Shown one piece after another: positions 47,927-58,343 of a DNA stretch of 64,000 bases (the stretch's first letter is position 1; every line of letters begins with the position of its first letter). This DNA comes from Chitinophaga pinensis (GTDB lineage Bacteria; Bacteroidota; Bacteroidia; UKL13-3): positions 336,294-400,293 of the forward strand of contig CAMARW010000001.1 of NCBI GenBank assembly GCA_945860865.1. Reading direction: 5' to 3'. The position numbers were made by a program, and so were the translations under genes. Below the pieces are notes generated by a model. The model did no database searches. It was given only the letters and a program-made list of their open reading frames with translations, and had not been told where the DNA came from.

Positions 47927-50773
47927 ATGCAGGAAAAGAAATTATTTTTATTAGATGGTATGGCTCTGGTTTATAGGGCCTATTTTGCTTTTAGCCAAAA
48001 CCCAAGGGTTACAAGTTATGGTTTTAATACCTCTGCTGTTTTTGGATACGTAACTACTCTTTTAGATTTGCTTAAAAGAGAAAAGCCTACCCATATTGGG
48101 GTTTCTTTTGATACCTCTGAACCTACAGCCCGACACATAGAATTTGAAGCTTATAAAGCACATAGGGAAGAAATGCCAGAAGGAATTTCTAGCGCGCTTC
48201 CCTATATTTATGAAGTAACGAAAGCCCTTAAAATACCTTTGCTTATAAGGCCAGGTTATGAGGCAGATGACGTTATAGGAACGCTTGCCAAAAAGGCTAA
48301 AATGGCCGGTTTTAAGGTGTTTATGATGACACCCGACAAAGATTTTGCGCAGTTGGTAGAAGAGGATATTTATATTTACAAGCCTGCCAGAATGGGCAAT
48401 GATATTGAAATTATGGGCGTGCCTGAGGTGCTAAAAAAATGGGAAATTACCGACGTAAATCAAGTAATTGATATTTTAGGTTTGTGGGGCGATGCGGTAG
48501 ATAATATCCCGGGTGTACCCGGTGTGGGAGAAAAAACGGCGAAACTATTGGTTCAGAAATATGGTAGCATGGAGGGATTGTACGAACATACCCACGAGCT
48601 AAAAGGTAAGCAAAAGGAGAATGTAGAAAATAACCGCGAACAAGCTTTTTTATCAAAGCGCTTGGCAACTATAGATATTAATGTGCCCATTGATTTTGAT
48701 GAACATGATTTAATATTAGACCCTCCCGATAAAGAAGCTACCGAAAAATTGTTTGCCGAGTTGGAGTTTAAAACCCTGCTAAGGCGGGTTTTTCCAGATG
48801 CTACTCCAGCTGCAGAATCTGCACCTGTTGCCAAAATGCAGAAAGCCACAGGTGGCTTTGATTTGTTTAACCAAGGTGCCGTTGCGGGTCAGCCAAAACC
48901 CGCCGAAAATGTGCTGGATACGGCTGTAGAAAATGAAGAACCAGCCATAAAAAGAGAAAATATTCTTACCACCCCACATCAATATGAATTACTGCAAACA
49001 GAGGAGGAGATTTCGCAGGCCATAGCTTTACTATTAGCGCAATCTGAGGTGTGTTTTGATACAGAAACTTCTCAATTAGAAAGTACCCAAGCAGATATCG
49101 TGGGACTCTCTTTAGCGTATAAAAATCACCATGCTTATTATGTTCCCTTTCCTGTAGATTTTGAGCAAGCAAAGGCTTTGTTAAAGCGGTTTGAACCTAT
49201 TTTTTTGAGTGAGCAAATAGTGAAAATTGGGCAGAATGTAAAGTATGATTTGAATATCCTAAAGCGTTATGGATTTACCCTACAAGGACCTGTTTTTGAT
49301 ACCATGTTGGCGCATTATTTGATTGAGCCAGATTTACGACATGGTATGGATTTTTTAAGCGGTATTTACCTCAATTATGAGCCGGTTAGTATAGAAGAGT
49401 TGATTGGCAAAAAGGGTAAAAATCAATTGAGCATGCGCGATGTTGCTTTAGATAAAATTAAAGAGTATGCCTCAGAAGACGCAGATATAACCCTGCAGTT
49501 AAAAGAAAAATTAAGTCCTGAATTAATATCACATGATGCCGAAAAATTGTTCTATGAAATGGAAATTCCGCTCATAGATGTGCTTAGTGATATCGAAATT
49601 GCCGGTATAAAAGTAAACGAATCTTTCTTAAATGATTATTCCAAAGAGCTAGAAACCGAGTTGGTTCAGCTCGAAAAAGATATTATTGCCTTGGCAGGCA
49701 TGACTTTTAATATTTCTTCGCCTAAGCAATTGGGAGAGGTTTTGTTTGATCATTTAAAATTAGACCCCAAGGCCAAAAAGACCAAAACGGGGCAATACCA
49801 GACTGGCGAGGATGTGCTATTGGGATTGGGTGAGCATGAAATTATACAAAAGATATTATTGGTAAGGCAGTTTCAAAAACTAAAATCTACCTATGTAGAT
49901 GCGCTGCCAACCATGATTAATCCGTTAACGGGGCGGGTGCATACATCATTTAACCAGGCAGTTGCCGCAACCGGCCGATTGAGTTCTACCAATCCCAATT
50001 TGCAGAATATTCCTATTAAAACAGATAAAGGAAAAGAAGTACGCAAAGCATTTATTCCACGCAACGAAAACTATGTATTGTTAAGTGCAGATTATTCTCA
50101 AATTGAATTGCGCATTATAGCGTCTGTGGCCAAAGAGGAAGCCATGATAGAGGCTTTTAAGAACAAACAAGATATCCATCAAGCTACCGCAGCCAAGGTG
50201 TTTGGTAAACCAATTGAGGAAGTTACACCCGATGAAAGAAGGCGCGCCAAAGCGGTAAATTTTGGAATTATTTACGGACAATCAGCGTTTGGGTTAAGTC
50301 AGAACCTAGGCATAGGCAGAAAAGAAGCAGCGCAAATTATAGAAGATTATTTTAAAGCCTATCCAGGTATTAAAACCTATATGGATACTACTATTAATTT
50401 TGCCAAGGAGCATGGTTATGTAGCAACTTTAATGGGCAGAAGAAGGTATTTGCGCGATATAAACTCGGGTAATTTTACCGTGAGAGGCTTTGCCGAACGC
50501 AATGCCATCAACGCGCCCATACAAGGTAGCGCAGCAGATATGATAAAGTTGGCTATGATTAAAATTCATAAAGCATTGAAAGATCCTGCAAACGGAATTG
50601 TGCATTCTAAAATGATTTTGCAAGTACATGATGAATTGGTTTTTGATGCCCACAAAGACGAGGTAGAAGCTTTGAAAAAATTGGTGCTTTACAACATGGA
50701 AACCGCCATGGAATTGTTAACTCCCGTTGTGGCCGAGGTTGGTATTGGCAATAATTGGTTAGAGGCGCATTAG
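47927..50773 (+). CDS. polA: DNA polymerase I
   Basis: 5'-3' exonuclease N-terminus 'KKLFLLDGMALVYRAYFA', a 3'-5' exo domain, and polymerase motifs 'DYSQIELR' and 'LQVHDELVFD'. The start was placed at the ATG at 47927. Confidence 0.95.
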   Translation: MQEKKLFLLDGMALVYRAYFAFSQNPRVTSYGFNTSAVFGYVTTLLDLLKREKPTHIGVSFDTSEPTARHIEFEAYKAHREEMPEGISSALPYIYEVTKALKIPLLIRPGYEADDVIGTLAKKAKMAGFKVFMMTPDKDFAQLVEEDIYIYKPARMGNDIEIMGVPEVLKKWEITDVNQVIDILGLWGDAVDNIPGVPGVGEKTAKLLVQKYGSMEGLYEHTHELKGKQKENVENNREQAFLSKRLATIDINVPIDFDEHDLILDPPDKEATEKLFAELEFKTLLRRVFPDATPAAESAPVAKMQKATGGFDLFNQGAVAGQPKPAENVLDTAVENEEPAIKRENILTTPHQYELLQTEEEISQAIALLLAQSEVCFDTETSQLESTQADIVGLSLAYKNHHAYYVPFPVDFEQAKALLKRFEPIFLSEQIVKIGQNVKYDLNILKRYGFTLQGPVFDTMLAHYLIEPDLRHGMDFLSGIYLNYEPVSIEELIGKKGKNQLSMRDVALDKIKEYASEDADITLQLKEKLSPELISHDAEKLFYEMEIPLIDVLSDIEIAGIKVNESFLNDYSKELETELVQLEKDIIALAGMTFNISSPKQLGEVLFDHLKLDPKAKKTKTGQYQTGEDVLLGLGEHEIIQKILLVRQFQKLKSTYVDALPTMINPLTGRVHTSFNQAVAATGRLSSTNPNLQNIPIKTDKGKEVRKAFIPRNENYVLLSADYSQIELRIIASVAKEEAMIEAFKNKQDIHQATAAKVFGKPIEEVTPDERRRAKAVNFGIIYGQSAFGLSQNLGIGRKEAAQIIEDYFKAYPGIKTYMDTTINFAKEHGYVATLMGRRRYLRDINSGNFTVRGFAERNAINAPIQGSAADMIKLAMIKIHKALKDPANGIVHSKMILQVHDELVFDAHKDEVEALKKLVLYNMETAMELLTPVVAEVGIGNNWLEAH

Positions 50774-50789
50774 TCTTACTTAATGATTC

Positions 50790-52511
50790 ATGCTAAGGAA
50801 ATTTAATTTTATTTGGGGAGCCCTGCTGACTATAATATTGTTTATTGTTAGTATAAACAACTATATAGGCAATACAGATTTAACCATACAGGCCGACGGA
50901 ATTGGGTATTACGATTACCTACCCGCCACATTTATTTACCATGATTTATACCGCATAAACGATTCTAGCGGCAAACTCAATGCGAGAGTATCGCAACAAA
51001 AAGGCGCCTATGTAGAAACAGAAAACGGAAATTGGGTAAATAAATATGCGCCAGGTACGGCTGTGCTTCAATTGCCCTTTTTTCTGTATACACATTTTTG
51101 CATAAGCGAGCCAATAGAGGGTAAATTGGGATATCAATTGCCCTATCAAAAAAGTGTTTTTTATGCTGCTTTGTTTTACCTTTTTCTAGCTTTGGTTTTT
51201 ATTCATTTATTGCTTAAAACTTATGCTATTCCATCATGGATAATTGTTTTTTTGCAGCTGCTACTTGCGCTGGCAACCGGTGTTACGCATTATGCCAATG
51301 TAGAAGCAAGTTTTAGTCATGTTTATTCTTTATTTGCCATAACCGCCTTCCTATATTTTGCTCGTAAATTTTTTATAGAAAGGCAATATCCGTTCTTTTT
51401 ATGGGCTAGTTTCTTTTTCGGTTTGATCCTAATTTTACGACCCGTAAATGGTATAATTTTGGCTGCTGTTCCTTTTGTAGCAGTTACTTTTGATCAGGTA
51501 AGTGAGGGTTTTAAATATTTGTATAAAAAATACCTTGTAGCACTTGCCGGGTTGTTTATTGTATTCTTGTTTGCAGGCTTTTTATCCTTGGTTTGGTATA
51601 TGCAATGCGAGCAATGGGTACTCAATACCTACCAAAATGAAGAAGGATTTTATTTTTTGAATCCCCAAATATTCAATATTCTATTCTCCTACAAAAAGGG
51701 ATTATTTGTTTATACGCCGGTTCTTCTTTTAGCTTTTTTAGCTTTATTTACCTGGATTAAAAACAGGCAATTTTATGCCCTATTTACTTGGCTCGGATTC
51801 TTTATATTTCTAACATATATATTGTCTTCTTGGTGGAGTTGGTTTTATGGATGCAGTTATGGTTTAAGGGCCTACATCGATTTCTATGCTGTGTTCTTTA
51901 TACCCATTGCCATAGTAATGCAGCAAACAAAAAAATGGATGCGCATAGGTGTCATTATTTTTGGGGTGACTTGTGTATATTTAAATTTGGTTCAGACATA
52001 CCAATACAAAGAATATATTTTGCACTGGATAGAGATGGATAAGGAAGCTTATTGGAAAGTGTTTGGTAAAACTGATAGTAAATACAAAGGGATATTATGG
52101 AAACGAACATACAATTTAGAAGGATATACCCAAAGCAAGGAGATGTTTTTTGCTAATAATTATGATTCCGTGATGCGTATTTATTCTCAAGAAATTCCAT
52201 TTTTTGAAAGGGTATCTTTAGTAGAAATTAAGTTTCAATCTAATTTTAGAGAGGCAAGTAACTTGCAGGTAGGTTTAAAATTATTGTCGCAGGAAGACAG
52301 CCTTTATTATTATGATCACTCATTGCCAATTATTCATTTTTTAGATCCAAAAATAGGCGAGTATGGTACTTGGCAAAATGGATCTTATTTCTTTGAAATT
52401 CCAAAATCGCCCTCCCAATTAAACACTCAAATAGAGCTGTTGTTTAAAAATAAAAACGAGGCAGATACACTGAGTAACTTAGCCTTAAAATTTTATTATA
52501 AAACCCAATAA
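50790..52511 (+). CDS. polytopic membrane protein, possibly a GT-C-type glycosyltransferase
   Basis: At least 10 predicted TM helices. The first extracytoplasmic loop has an Asp-rich 'ADGIGYYDYLP', and there is a C-terminal soluble domain of about 170 aa. The assignment is weak. Confidence 0.5.
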   Translation: MLRKFNFIWGALLTIILFIVSINNYIGNTDLTIQADGIGYYDYLPATFIYHDLYRINDSSGKLNARVSQQKGAYVETENGNWVNKYAPGTAVLQLPFFLYTHFCISEPIEGKLGYQLPYQKSVFYAALFYLFLALVFIHLLLKTYAIPSWIIVFLQLLLALATGVTHYANVEASFSHVYSLFAITAFLYFARKFFIERQYPFFLWASFFFGLILILRPVNGIILAAVPFVAVTFDQVSEGFKYLYKKYLVALAGLFIVFLFAGFLSLVWYMQCEQWVLNTYQNEEGFYFLNPQIFNILFSYKKGLFVYTPVLLLAFLALFTWIKNRQFYALFTWLGFFIFLTYILSSWWSWFYGCSYGLRAYIDFYAVFFIPIAIVMQQTKKWMRIGVIIFGVTCVYLNLVQTYQYKEYILHWIEMDKEAYWKVFGKTDSKYKGILWKRTYNLEGYTQSKEMFFANNYDSVMRIYSQEIPFFERVSLVEIKFQSNFREASNLQVGLKLLSQEDSLYYYDHSLPIIHFLDPKIGEYGTWQNGSYFFEIPKSPSQLNTQIELLFKNKNEADTLSNLALKFYYKTQ

Positions 52512-52576
52512 AAAAAGCCTACTCAAAATTTGAGTAGGCTTTTAATTTTATTCCATTTAGCTATTATACAATAGTG

Positions 52577-54118
52577 CTACTTAGCAAAGTTAACTGAACG
52601 TTTTTCTCTGATTACAGTAATTTTAATCTGACCTGGGTAGGTCATTTCTTTCTGAATGCGTTGTGATAAATCAATACTCATTATATCTGCTTGTTCATCG
52701 CTAACTTTCTCGCTTTCTACCATTACGCGCAGTTCTCTACCCGCTTGAATAGCGAATGCTTTTTCCACGCCATTATAGCTTAGCGCTATGTTTTCTAGCG
52801 TTTTTAAACGCTTCATGTAATTTTCTGTATCTTCTCTGCGTGCACCTGGTCTAGAGCCACTGATAGCATCACAAGCTTGAATAATTGGAGATAACATAGA
52901 TGTCATTTCAATTTCATCGTGGTGTGCACCAATCGCATTTACTACCTCAGGATGCTCTTTGTATTTTTCGGCCAATTTCATGCCCAGCAATGCATGCGGT
53001 GTTTCTGCATCATCATCTGGCACTTTACCTATATCATGTAATAATCCAGCACGTTTAGCCAATTTTACATTTAAGCCAAACTCGGCAGCCATGGTAGCAC
53101 ATAAGTTGGCAACCTCTCTACTGTGCATCAATAAATTTTGTCCGTAAGAACTTCTGTATCTCATTCTACCTACCATCCTAATTAACTCGGGATGCAAGCC
53201 GTGAATTTGTAAATCGATGCAAGTACGCTCACCAATTTCAACAATTTCTTCTTCAATTTGCTTTTTGGTTTTGGCAACTACTTCTTCAATACGCGCAGGG
53301 TGAATTCTACCATCGGTAACTAACCTGTGCATAGCTAAACGAGCTACCTCACGGCGAATAGGGTCAAAACAAGATAAAATGATAGCCTCTGGAGTGTCGT
53401 CTACAATAAATTCTACACCTGTTGCCGCTTCTAAAGCCCTAATATTTCTACCTTCTCTACCAATGATTCTGCCTTTTAATTCATCGCTTTCAATGGTAAA
53501 TACACTTACTGCATTCTCAATAGCTTGCTCGGCTGCAGTGCGTTGAATGGTACTTAAGATAATTTTTTTAGCTTCTTTGCTTGCTGTTAACTTGGCCTCA
53601 TCGGTTATGTCTTTAATTTTCGACATAGCTTCAGATCTTGCCTCGTCATGTAAGGCATTAATTAATTGTTTTTTCGCCTCGTCTGCTGTTAGTCCTGCAA
53701 TTTTCTCTAATTGCTTAACTTGGTTGTTAAGGGCTTTTTCTGCTTCTTCTTTTTTAAGTGCAACCGCAGCGCTTTGTTTTTCGAGTAATAATTTTAGGTT
53801 ATCAAGTTCAGAATCCTTTCTTTGGGTATTCTCCATCTTTGATTTTAAGCTTTGCTCTTGTTGCTTTATCTTATTTTCTTCTTTTAAGATATTGGCATTA
53901 CGCTGATTTACTTCATTCTCATGTTCTGCTTTAAGCTGTAAAAATTTTTCTTTGGCTTCAAGTAGTTTGTCTTTCTTTAAAATTTCGGCTTTTTCTTCAG
54001 CCTCCTTAATGATTTGTGCCGATTTTGATTGGGATAGGTTATTATTTACCATCCACATTACGGCTGCTCCTGCTCCTAATGAGAGCATCACAAAAATAAT
54101 TACTAAATAGATTTCCAT
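52577..54118 (-). CDS. rny: ribonuclease Y
   Basis: N-terminal TM anchor, coiled-coil, a KH domain, and an HD domain '[17 protein letters not shown]...LLHDIGK'. Confidence 0.9.
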   Translation of the reverse strand: MEIYLVIIFVMLSLGAGAAVMWMVNNNLSQSKSAQIIKEAEEKAEILKKDKLLEAKEKFLQLKAEHENEVNQRNANILKEENKIKQQEQSLKSKMENTQRKDSELDNLKLLLEKQSAAVALKKEEAEKALNNQVKQLEKIAGLTADEAKKQLINALHDEARSEAMSKIKDITDEAKLTASKEAKKIILSTIQRTAAEQAIENAVSVFTIESDELKGRIIGREGRNIRALEAATGVEFIVDDTPEAIILSCFDPIRREVARLAMHRLVTDGRIHPARIEEVVAKTKKQIEEEIVEIGERTCIDLQIHGLHPELIRMVGRMRYRSSYGQNLLMHSREVANLCATMAAEFGLNVKLAKRAGLLHDIGKVPDDDAETPHALLGMKLAEKYKEHPEVVNAIGAHHDEIEMTSMLSPIIQACDAISGSRPGARREDTENYMKRLKTLENIALSYNGVEKAFAIQAGRELRVMVESEKVSDEQADIMSIDLSQRIQKEMTYPGQIKITVIREKRSVNFAK

Positions 54119-54162
54119 GTTGGTTTAACGGTTTATGGTTTAAGTTAAACGTCTTCTAAACA

Positions 54163-54486
54163 CTACAATTGAATGGGCTTCAGCAGCAATTCTATTTCGC
54201 TGAGTGCTATTATTACTTCCTGTTCACTATCGGCTTTTTGCCTTTTTAGCGCTATATTCTCATTGGCAATCTCTATGGCAAACATAGCCAAAGCATCTTG
54301 TTGATCGCGTAGGTTAAATTGCTCAGCATAAGCCTGCAATTTATCCTGAATGAGTTTGCCGGCAGCACGCAAATGCACTTCTTCAGTGTCATTTACGCTG
54401 AGGGGATAAACCCTCCCGGCTATATGGATATTAATAGATAGCTCGTTCAATCGTTGTTGGTAAAATGGTTTAACAACTTTAGGCAT
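54163..54486 (-). CDS. zapA: cell division protein ZapA-like
   Basis: About 107 aa, 'INIHIAGRVYPLSV' followed by a C-terminal coiled coil. Conserved position between pheT and rny. Confidence 0.7.
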   Translation of the reverse strand: MPKVVKPFYQQRLNELSINIHIAGRVYPLSVNDTEEVHLRAAGKLIQDKLQAYAEQFNLRDQQDALAMFAIEIANENIALKRQKADSEQEVIIALSEIELLLKPIQL

Positions 54487-54749
54487 TCATCTATTTCGCG
54501 GAGGTAACTGTTTATGGCTAATTTTAGCTCAGTTACATCGCGCTTTCCTAGTTGAATTCCATCAGCAAGTTTACTAATTTTATTCTTATCTTCTAATATT
54601 TCTATTCTTTTTGTTTGTTCAGAAACTATTTCTCTCAAATTATTCGCTTCGGTTTGAACCAATAAAAGTTCTCTTTTTAGCGCTTCTTGCTGCTGCAACA
54701 AGGCTTGAACTTTGAGCTTTATGAGGCTTGATTTTTCTGAAAGTAACAT
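54447..54749 (-). CDS. small coiled-coil protein (hypothetical, ZapB-like)
   Basis: 100 aa of heptad-repeat Leu/Glu/Lys-rich sequence. Its 3' end overlaps the zapA start by 40 nt. Confidence 0.5.
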   Translation of the reverse strand: MLLSEKSSLIKLKVQALLQQQEALKRELLLVQTEANNLREIVSEQTKRIEILEDKNKISKLADGIQLGKRDVTELKLAINSYLREIDECLKLLNHFTNND

Positions 54750-54752
54750 ATT

Positions 54753-57167
54753 TTACCCTCTTAATATAGCGCCAACTTCTTTCTCAAAATTTTGAACCAA
54801 TTTTTTCATTACAAGGTCAATTTCTTGGTCGGTTAAGGTTTTTTGCTCATCTTGAAGCGTAAAATTGAGCGCGTACGATTTTTTCCCTTGTTCAATTTTA
54901 TCGCCTTGGTAAACATCAAAAACGCCCATATCCTTTATTAATTGTGGGGCTGTTTGCATCGCAATTTTCTCTAATTGTTGGTAGCTCACTTCTTTTGCTA
55001 ACATTAAAGCCAAATCTCTGCGTACAGCAGGAAAAATAGAGATGGGTTTTAAACTAAATTTCACCGAAGCAGCTAATTCAATCAGCATTTTAATGTCTAT
55101 GCAGGCAAACCAAACTGCTTTATCTAAATCATAAGTGGCGGCCAATTTGGGTTCAATCTTACCCATTACGGCAATTTGTTTTTTCTTAAATTTTAATTGG
55201 GTAGCCTGTTCAAAACGCTCATCTGCCTCAAATGCATAACTTATTTGGTTTAAGCCAACTTTGGATAATACCTGAAGTAGTAAATTTTTAAGGCTAAAAT
55301 ATCCCCATTCAGTTTTAGCATTGTTCCAAGATTCGGGTTGCTTTTTGCCGTATAAACCAATGGCCAAATAGCTGTTTTCAGTATAGTGACTTAGCGCTTC
55401 TCCGTTGCCCCATTTGTGGTAGGTATGACCCAATTCAAATAATCTAAGGTCGCTATTTTTGCGGTTGTTATTGTATTGCATAGCCTCTAGCATATTGGGC
55501 AATAAATCTATGCGCAACATGTTTAAGTCTTGACTAAGTGGATTAAGTAAACTTACCGCGCTGGCTAATTGTTCTTCATTGTATTGGGCAGATTTGGTGA
55601 GCGAATTACTCATCATTTCTAAGAATCCTTTGTTGCTTAAAAATTGCGCTAATTTGTTTTTTAGGTTCAGGCCAAAAGTTGCGCTACTAAAAGTGGTGGC
55701 AGATTTTACTTCTTTGCCCATCTCAATATTATTGAGGCCATAAATACGCAATATTTCTTCGGTTACATCTACTGCTCGGGTTACATCTACGCGGTAAGGT
55801 GGTACATTTAGTTCCCACTCTGTAGGGCTTATTTCGCGGATGCCAATTTGTAAATTTTGCAAGATATCTCTTTGCGTAGCTACAGGAATTTCTTTACCAA
55901 TTAGTTCGTTTGATTTAACTGGATTAAAATTAATAATTTTATCTAAAACAGGCGATGGATATACATCTACAATTTGGCTTGGTACATAGCCACCTGCTAT
56001 TTCAATTATTAAATGAGCCACTTCGTGCAGGGCTTCAAAGGTAATGTTAGGGTCGGTGCCGCGCTCATACCTGAAGCTAGCATCGGTATTTAGTCCGTGC
56101 GTCTTGGCCGCTTTTCTCACGGTAGCTCCATCAAAATAGGCGCTTTCTATAAATATGTTTTTTGTTTCGGCACTAATTCCTGAGTTTAAACCGCCAAAAA
56201 CACCAGCTAATGCCAAAGGTCTAACGGCATCACAAATTAAACACTCGTGACCAAGCATGGTTCTGCTTTGATTGTCTAGTGTTTTCATTACCTCATTTAC
56301 CTTGGCTTTACGCACAATTATTTGGTGGGCAGCAATTTCTGCCGCATCAAAGGCATGCAGTGGCTGACCCAAACTATGCATCACATAATTAGTAGCATCC
56401 ACAATATTATTTATGGGCGATAAACCAATGGCGCGTAACTTATTTTGTAGCCAAGTAGGGGAGGTTTTAACCGCAATATTGTTAATTTCTATGCCACTAT
56501 ACCTGAGACAGCCTGCATCTTTTTCGAGTGTAATGGTATAGGGGTTTTCGGCCTGACCCAATATTAATTGGGGTAATACTTTTCGTCTTTTGGGAATTCC
56601 TAGGGCATATAAATCTCTGGCAACACCTAGGTGGCTGGCCGCATCGCCACGATTTGCGGTAAGGCCAATCTCGAGGGTGTAATCTGCATATACTTCAAAG
56701 TAATCGCTGGCAGGTTTGCCTATTTCGTAATGGGCTGGTAATACTAAAATACCGTCATGACTATCGCCTAGGCTTAGTTCATCCTCTGCGCATATCATTC
56801 CCTCACTTAGTTCGCCCCTTATTTTGGCTTTGTTAATGGTAAACGGTTCGCCTTTTGTAGGGTAAACCATTGCGCCAACGGTAGCCACTAAAACTTTTTG
56901 TCCGGCCGCAACATTGGGCGCACCGCAAACTATTTGGCTTATGGCTGAACCAATATTTACACTGCAAACTTTTAACTTATCGGCATTGGGGTGTTTTTCA
57001 GCAGATAAAACCTCACCTATAACAATGCCTGCTAAACCGCCAGGAATGGAGTTATAGGGACTAATATCTTCTACTTCTAAGCCGCAACCTGTGAGTAAAT
57101 TGGCAATTTCTTCTGGACTAGCCGCTGAGTCTATAAATTCTTGGAGCCACTGATAACTTATTTTCAT
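54753..57167 (-). CDS. pheT: phenylalanine--tRNA ligase beta subunit
   Basis: N-terminal tRNA-binding (EMAP-like) domain 'MKISYQWLQEF...', B3/B4 and B5 domains, and a C-terminal FDX-ACB domain. 804 aa. Confidence 0.95.
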   Translation of the reverse strand: MKISYQWLQEFIDSAASPEEIANLLTGCGLEVEDISPYNSIPGGLAGIVIGEVLSAEKHPNADKLKVCSVNIGSAISQIVCGAPNVAAGQKVLVATVGAMVYPTKGEPFTINKAKIRGELSEGMICAEDELSLGDSHDGILVLPAHYEIGKPASDYFEVYADYTLEIGLTANRGDAASHLGVARDLYALGIPKRRKVLPQLILGQAENPYTITLEKDAGCLRYSGIEINNIAVKTSPTWLQNKLRAIGLSPINNIVDATNYVMHSLGQPLHAFDAAEIAAHQIIVRKAKVNEVMKTLDNQSRTMLGHECLICDAVRPLALAGVFGGLNSGISAETKNIFIESAYFDGATVRKAAKTHGLNTDASFRYERGTDPNITFEALHEVAHLIIEIAGGYVPSQIVDVYPSPVLDKIINFNPVKSNELIGKEIPVATQRDILQNLQIGIREISPTEWELNVPPYRVDVTRAVDVTEEILRIYGLNNIEMGKEVKSATTFSSATFGLNLKNKLAQFLSNKGFLEMMSNSLTKSAQYNEEQLASAVSLLNPLSQDLNMLRIDLLPNMLEAMQYNNNRKNSDLRLFELGHTYHKWGNGEALSHYTENSYLAIGLYGKKQPESWNNAKTEWGYFSLKNLLLQVLSKVGLNQISYAFEADERFEQATQLKFKKKQIAVMGKIEPKLAATYDLDKAVWFACIDIKMLIELAASVKFSLKPISIFPAVRRDLALMLAKEVSYQQLEKIAMQTAPQLIKDMGVFDVYQGDKIEQGKKSYALNFTLQDEQKTLTDQEIDLVMKKLVQNFEKEVGAILRG

Positions 57168-57251
57168 GCAATTGGGAATATTGTTTGCGAAAATAAGAAT
57201 AAAAAAGTCTTTTCTATTGGCTTTTATCCGCTTTAATTTGCTGTAATTTTT

Positions 57252-57611
57252 ATGAAAAGAACATTAATCGTTGGGGCATCGCCTAATTCTGATAGGTACT
57301 CATTTATAGCAACTGAAATGTTACAGGCATATAAACATGAAGTTTATCCATTTGGCTTGCGTGCAGGCAAAATTGGTTCAAACGTAATAGAATTAGCTTG
57401 GCCAGCACAACAAAATTTTGATACCGTAACTTTGTATGTGGGCATGCAAAATCAAGGTGTTTATGTGCAACAAATTATTGATTTAAAACCCAAAAGGGTT
57501 ATCTTTAATCCAGGTACAGAAAATGTGGCGTTTGCCAATGAGTTAGTAAAGAATGGCATAAAGCCAATTGAAGCCTGCACTTTGGTAATGCTCCGAACAG
57601 GGCAATATTAG
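57252..57611 (+). CDS. CoA-binding domain protein
   Basis: 'KRTLIVGASPNSDRYSF' Rossmann-like CoA-binding motif in a 119-aa protein. Confidence 0.7.
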   Translation: MKRTLIVGASPNSDRYSFIATEMLQAYKHEVYPFGLRAGKIGSNVIELAWPAQQNFDTVTLYVGMQNQGVYVQQIIDLKPKRVIFNPGTENVAFANELVKNGIKPIEACTLVMLRTGQY

Positions 57612-57670
57612 TTCAGATAAATTTTTAGAATATTACTTATACCTTTACATTTGAAAAAAATAAGTTAGTT

Positions 57671-58186
57671 ATGTTGCGTATTTCAAAAAATATTAAAAAT
57701 GTTTTATTAATTGGTTTGGGAATCTTTATAATCGCTGCTTGCCAGTCGCCCAAAGAAAAAGCTTTGAAATCAATCAAAAACATGGAGAGTAATGATAGTG
57801 CCTTTAGCAATGAGTTAATGATGAGTCTCAAAACTTCTTACATTGATTTTGCACTAGCTTATCCAGACGATGAGCAAACGCCTGGATTCTTATTTAAAGC
57901 GGCCCAACGCGCCGTTGTTTTGCAGCAGGCAAATGAGTCGGTAGATTTATTGTTACAACTTATCAATAAGTACCCTGCAAATGAGTTTGCAGAAGATGCC
58001 ACCTTTTTGTTGGCATTTACTTATGAGAATAACCTCAACGATTTAACCAACGCGCGCAAATATTACGAGCAGTTTTTAAAGAATTTTCCAAAAGGAGAGC
58101 TTGCAGAAGAAGCAAGATTATCTATTGCCAACCTAGGCAAAACTACTGAAGAGTTTTTTAATGAAATTGAAACAGCGAAAGAGTAA
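57671..58186 (+). CDS. tetratricopeptide-like lipoprotein (hypothetical)
   Basis: Signal peptide with lipobox 'IIAAC'. TPR-like helical repeats ('ARKYYEQFLKNFPKGELAEEARLSIANL'). Confidence 0.55.
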   Translation: MLRISKNIKNVLLIGLGIFIIAACQSPKEKALKSIKNMESNDSAFSNELMMSLKTSYIDFALAYPDDEQTPGFLFKAAQRAVVLQQANESVDLLLQLINKYPANEFAEDATFLLAFTYENNLNDLTNARKYYEQFLKNFPKGELAEEARLSIANLGKTTEEFFNEIETAKE

Positions 58187-58198
58187 GGGAGAATTTTG

Positions 58199-58343
58199 AA
58201 TTAAGAATTACGGATTACGGATTAAGAATTACGCATTGAGTCCAGAATCCAGACTTTAGGTTTTGGCACTTCATTCGTCATTCGTCATCCGTAATTTATA
58301 CTTCACAATTCTTCTCCGTAATTCGTAATCCGTAATCCGTAAT
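58199..58343. repeat. composite intergenic repeat element: a ~28-bp inverted repeat built from ATTACGG heptamers flanking a core that shares 'AGTCCAGAATCCAGACTTT' with the element at 38010-38089
   Basis: Left arm 'AATTACGGATTACGGATTAAGAATTACG' (58206-58233). Right arm 'CCGTAATTCGTAATCCGTAATCCGTAATT' (58315-58343), which is its reverse complement with 1 mismatch. The internal core contains 'CATTCGTCATTCGTCATCCGTAAT'. Confidence 0.8.

Noticed and set aside
53547-53906. 119-aa plus-strand ORF inside rny
   Set aside because: It is antisense to the RNase Y coiled-coil region and its low-complexity Ser/Ala/Leu composition is a product of reverse reading.
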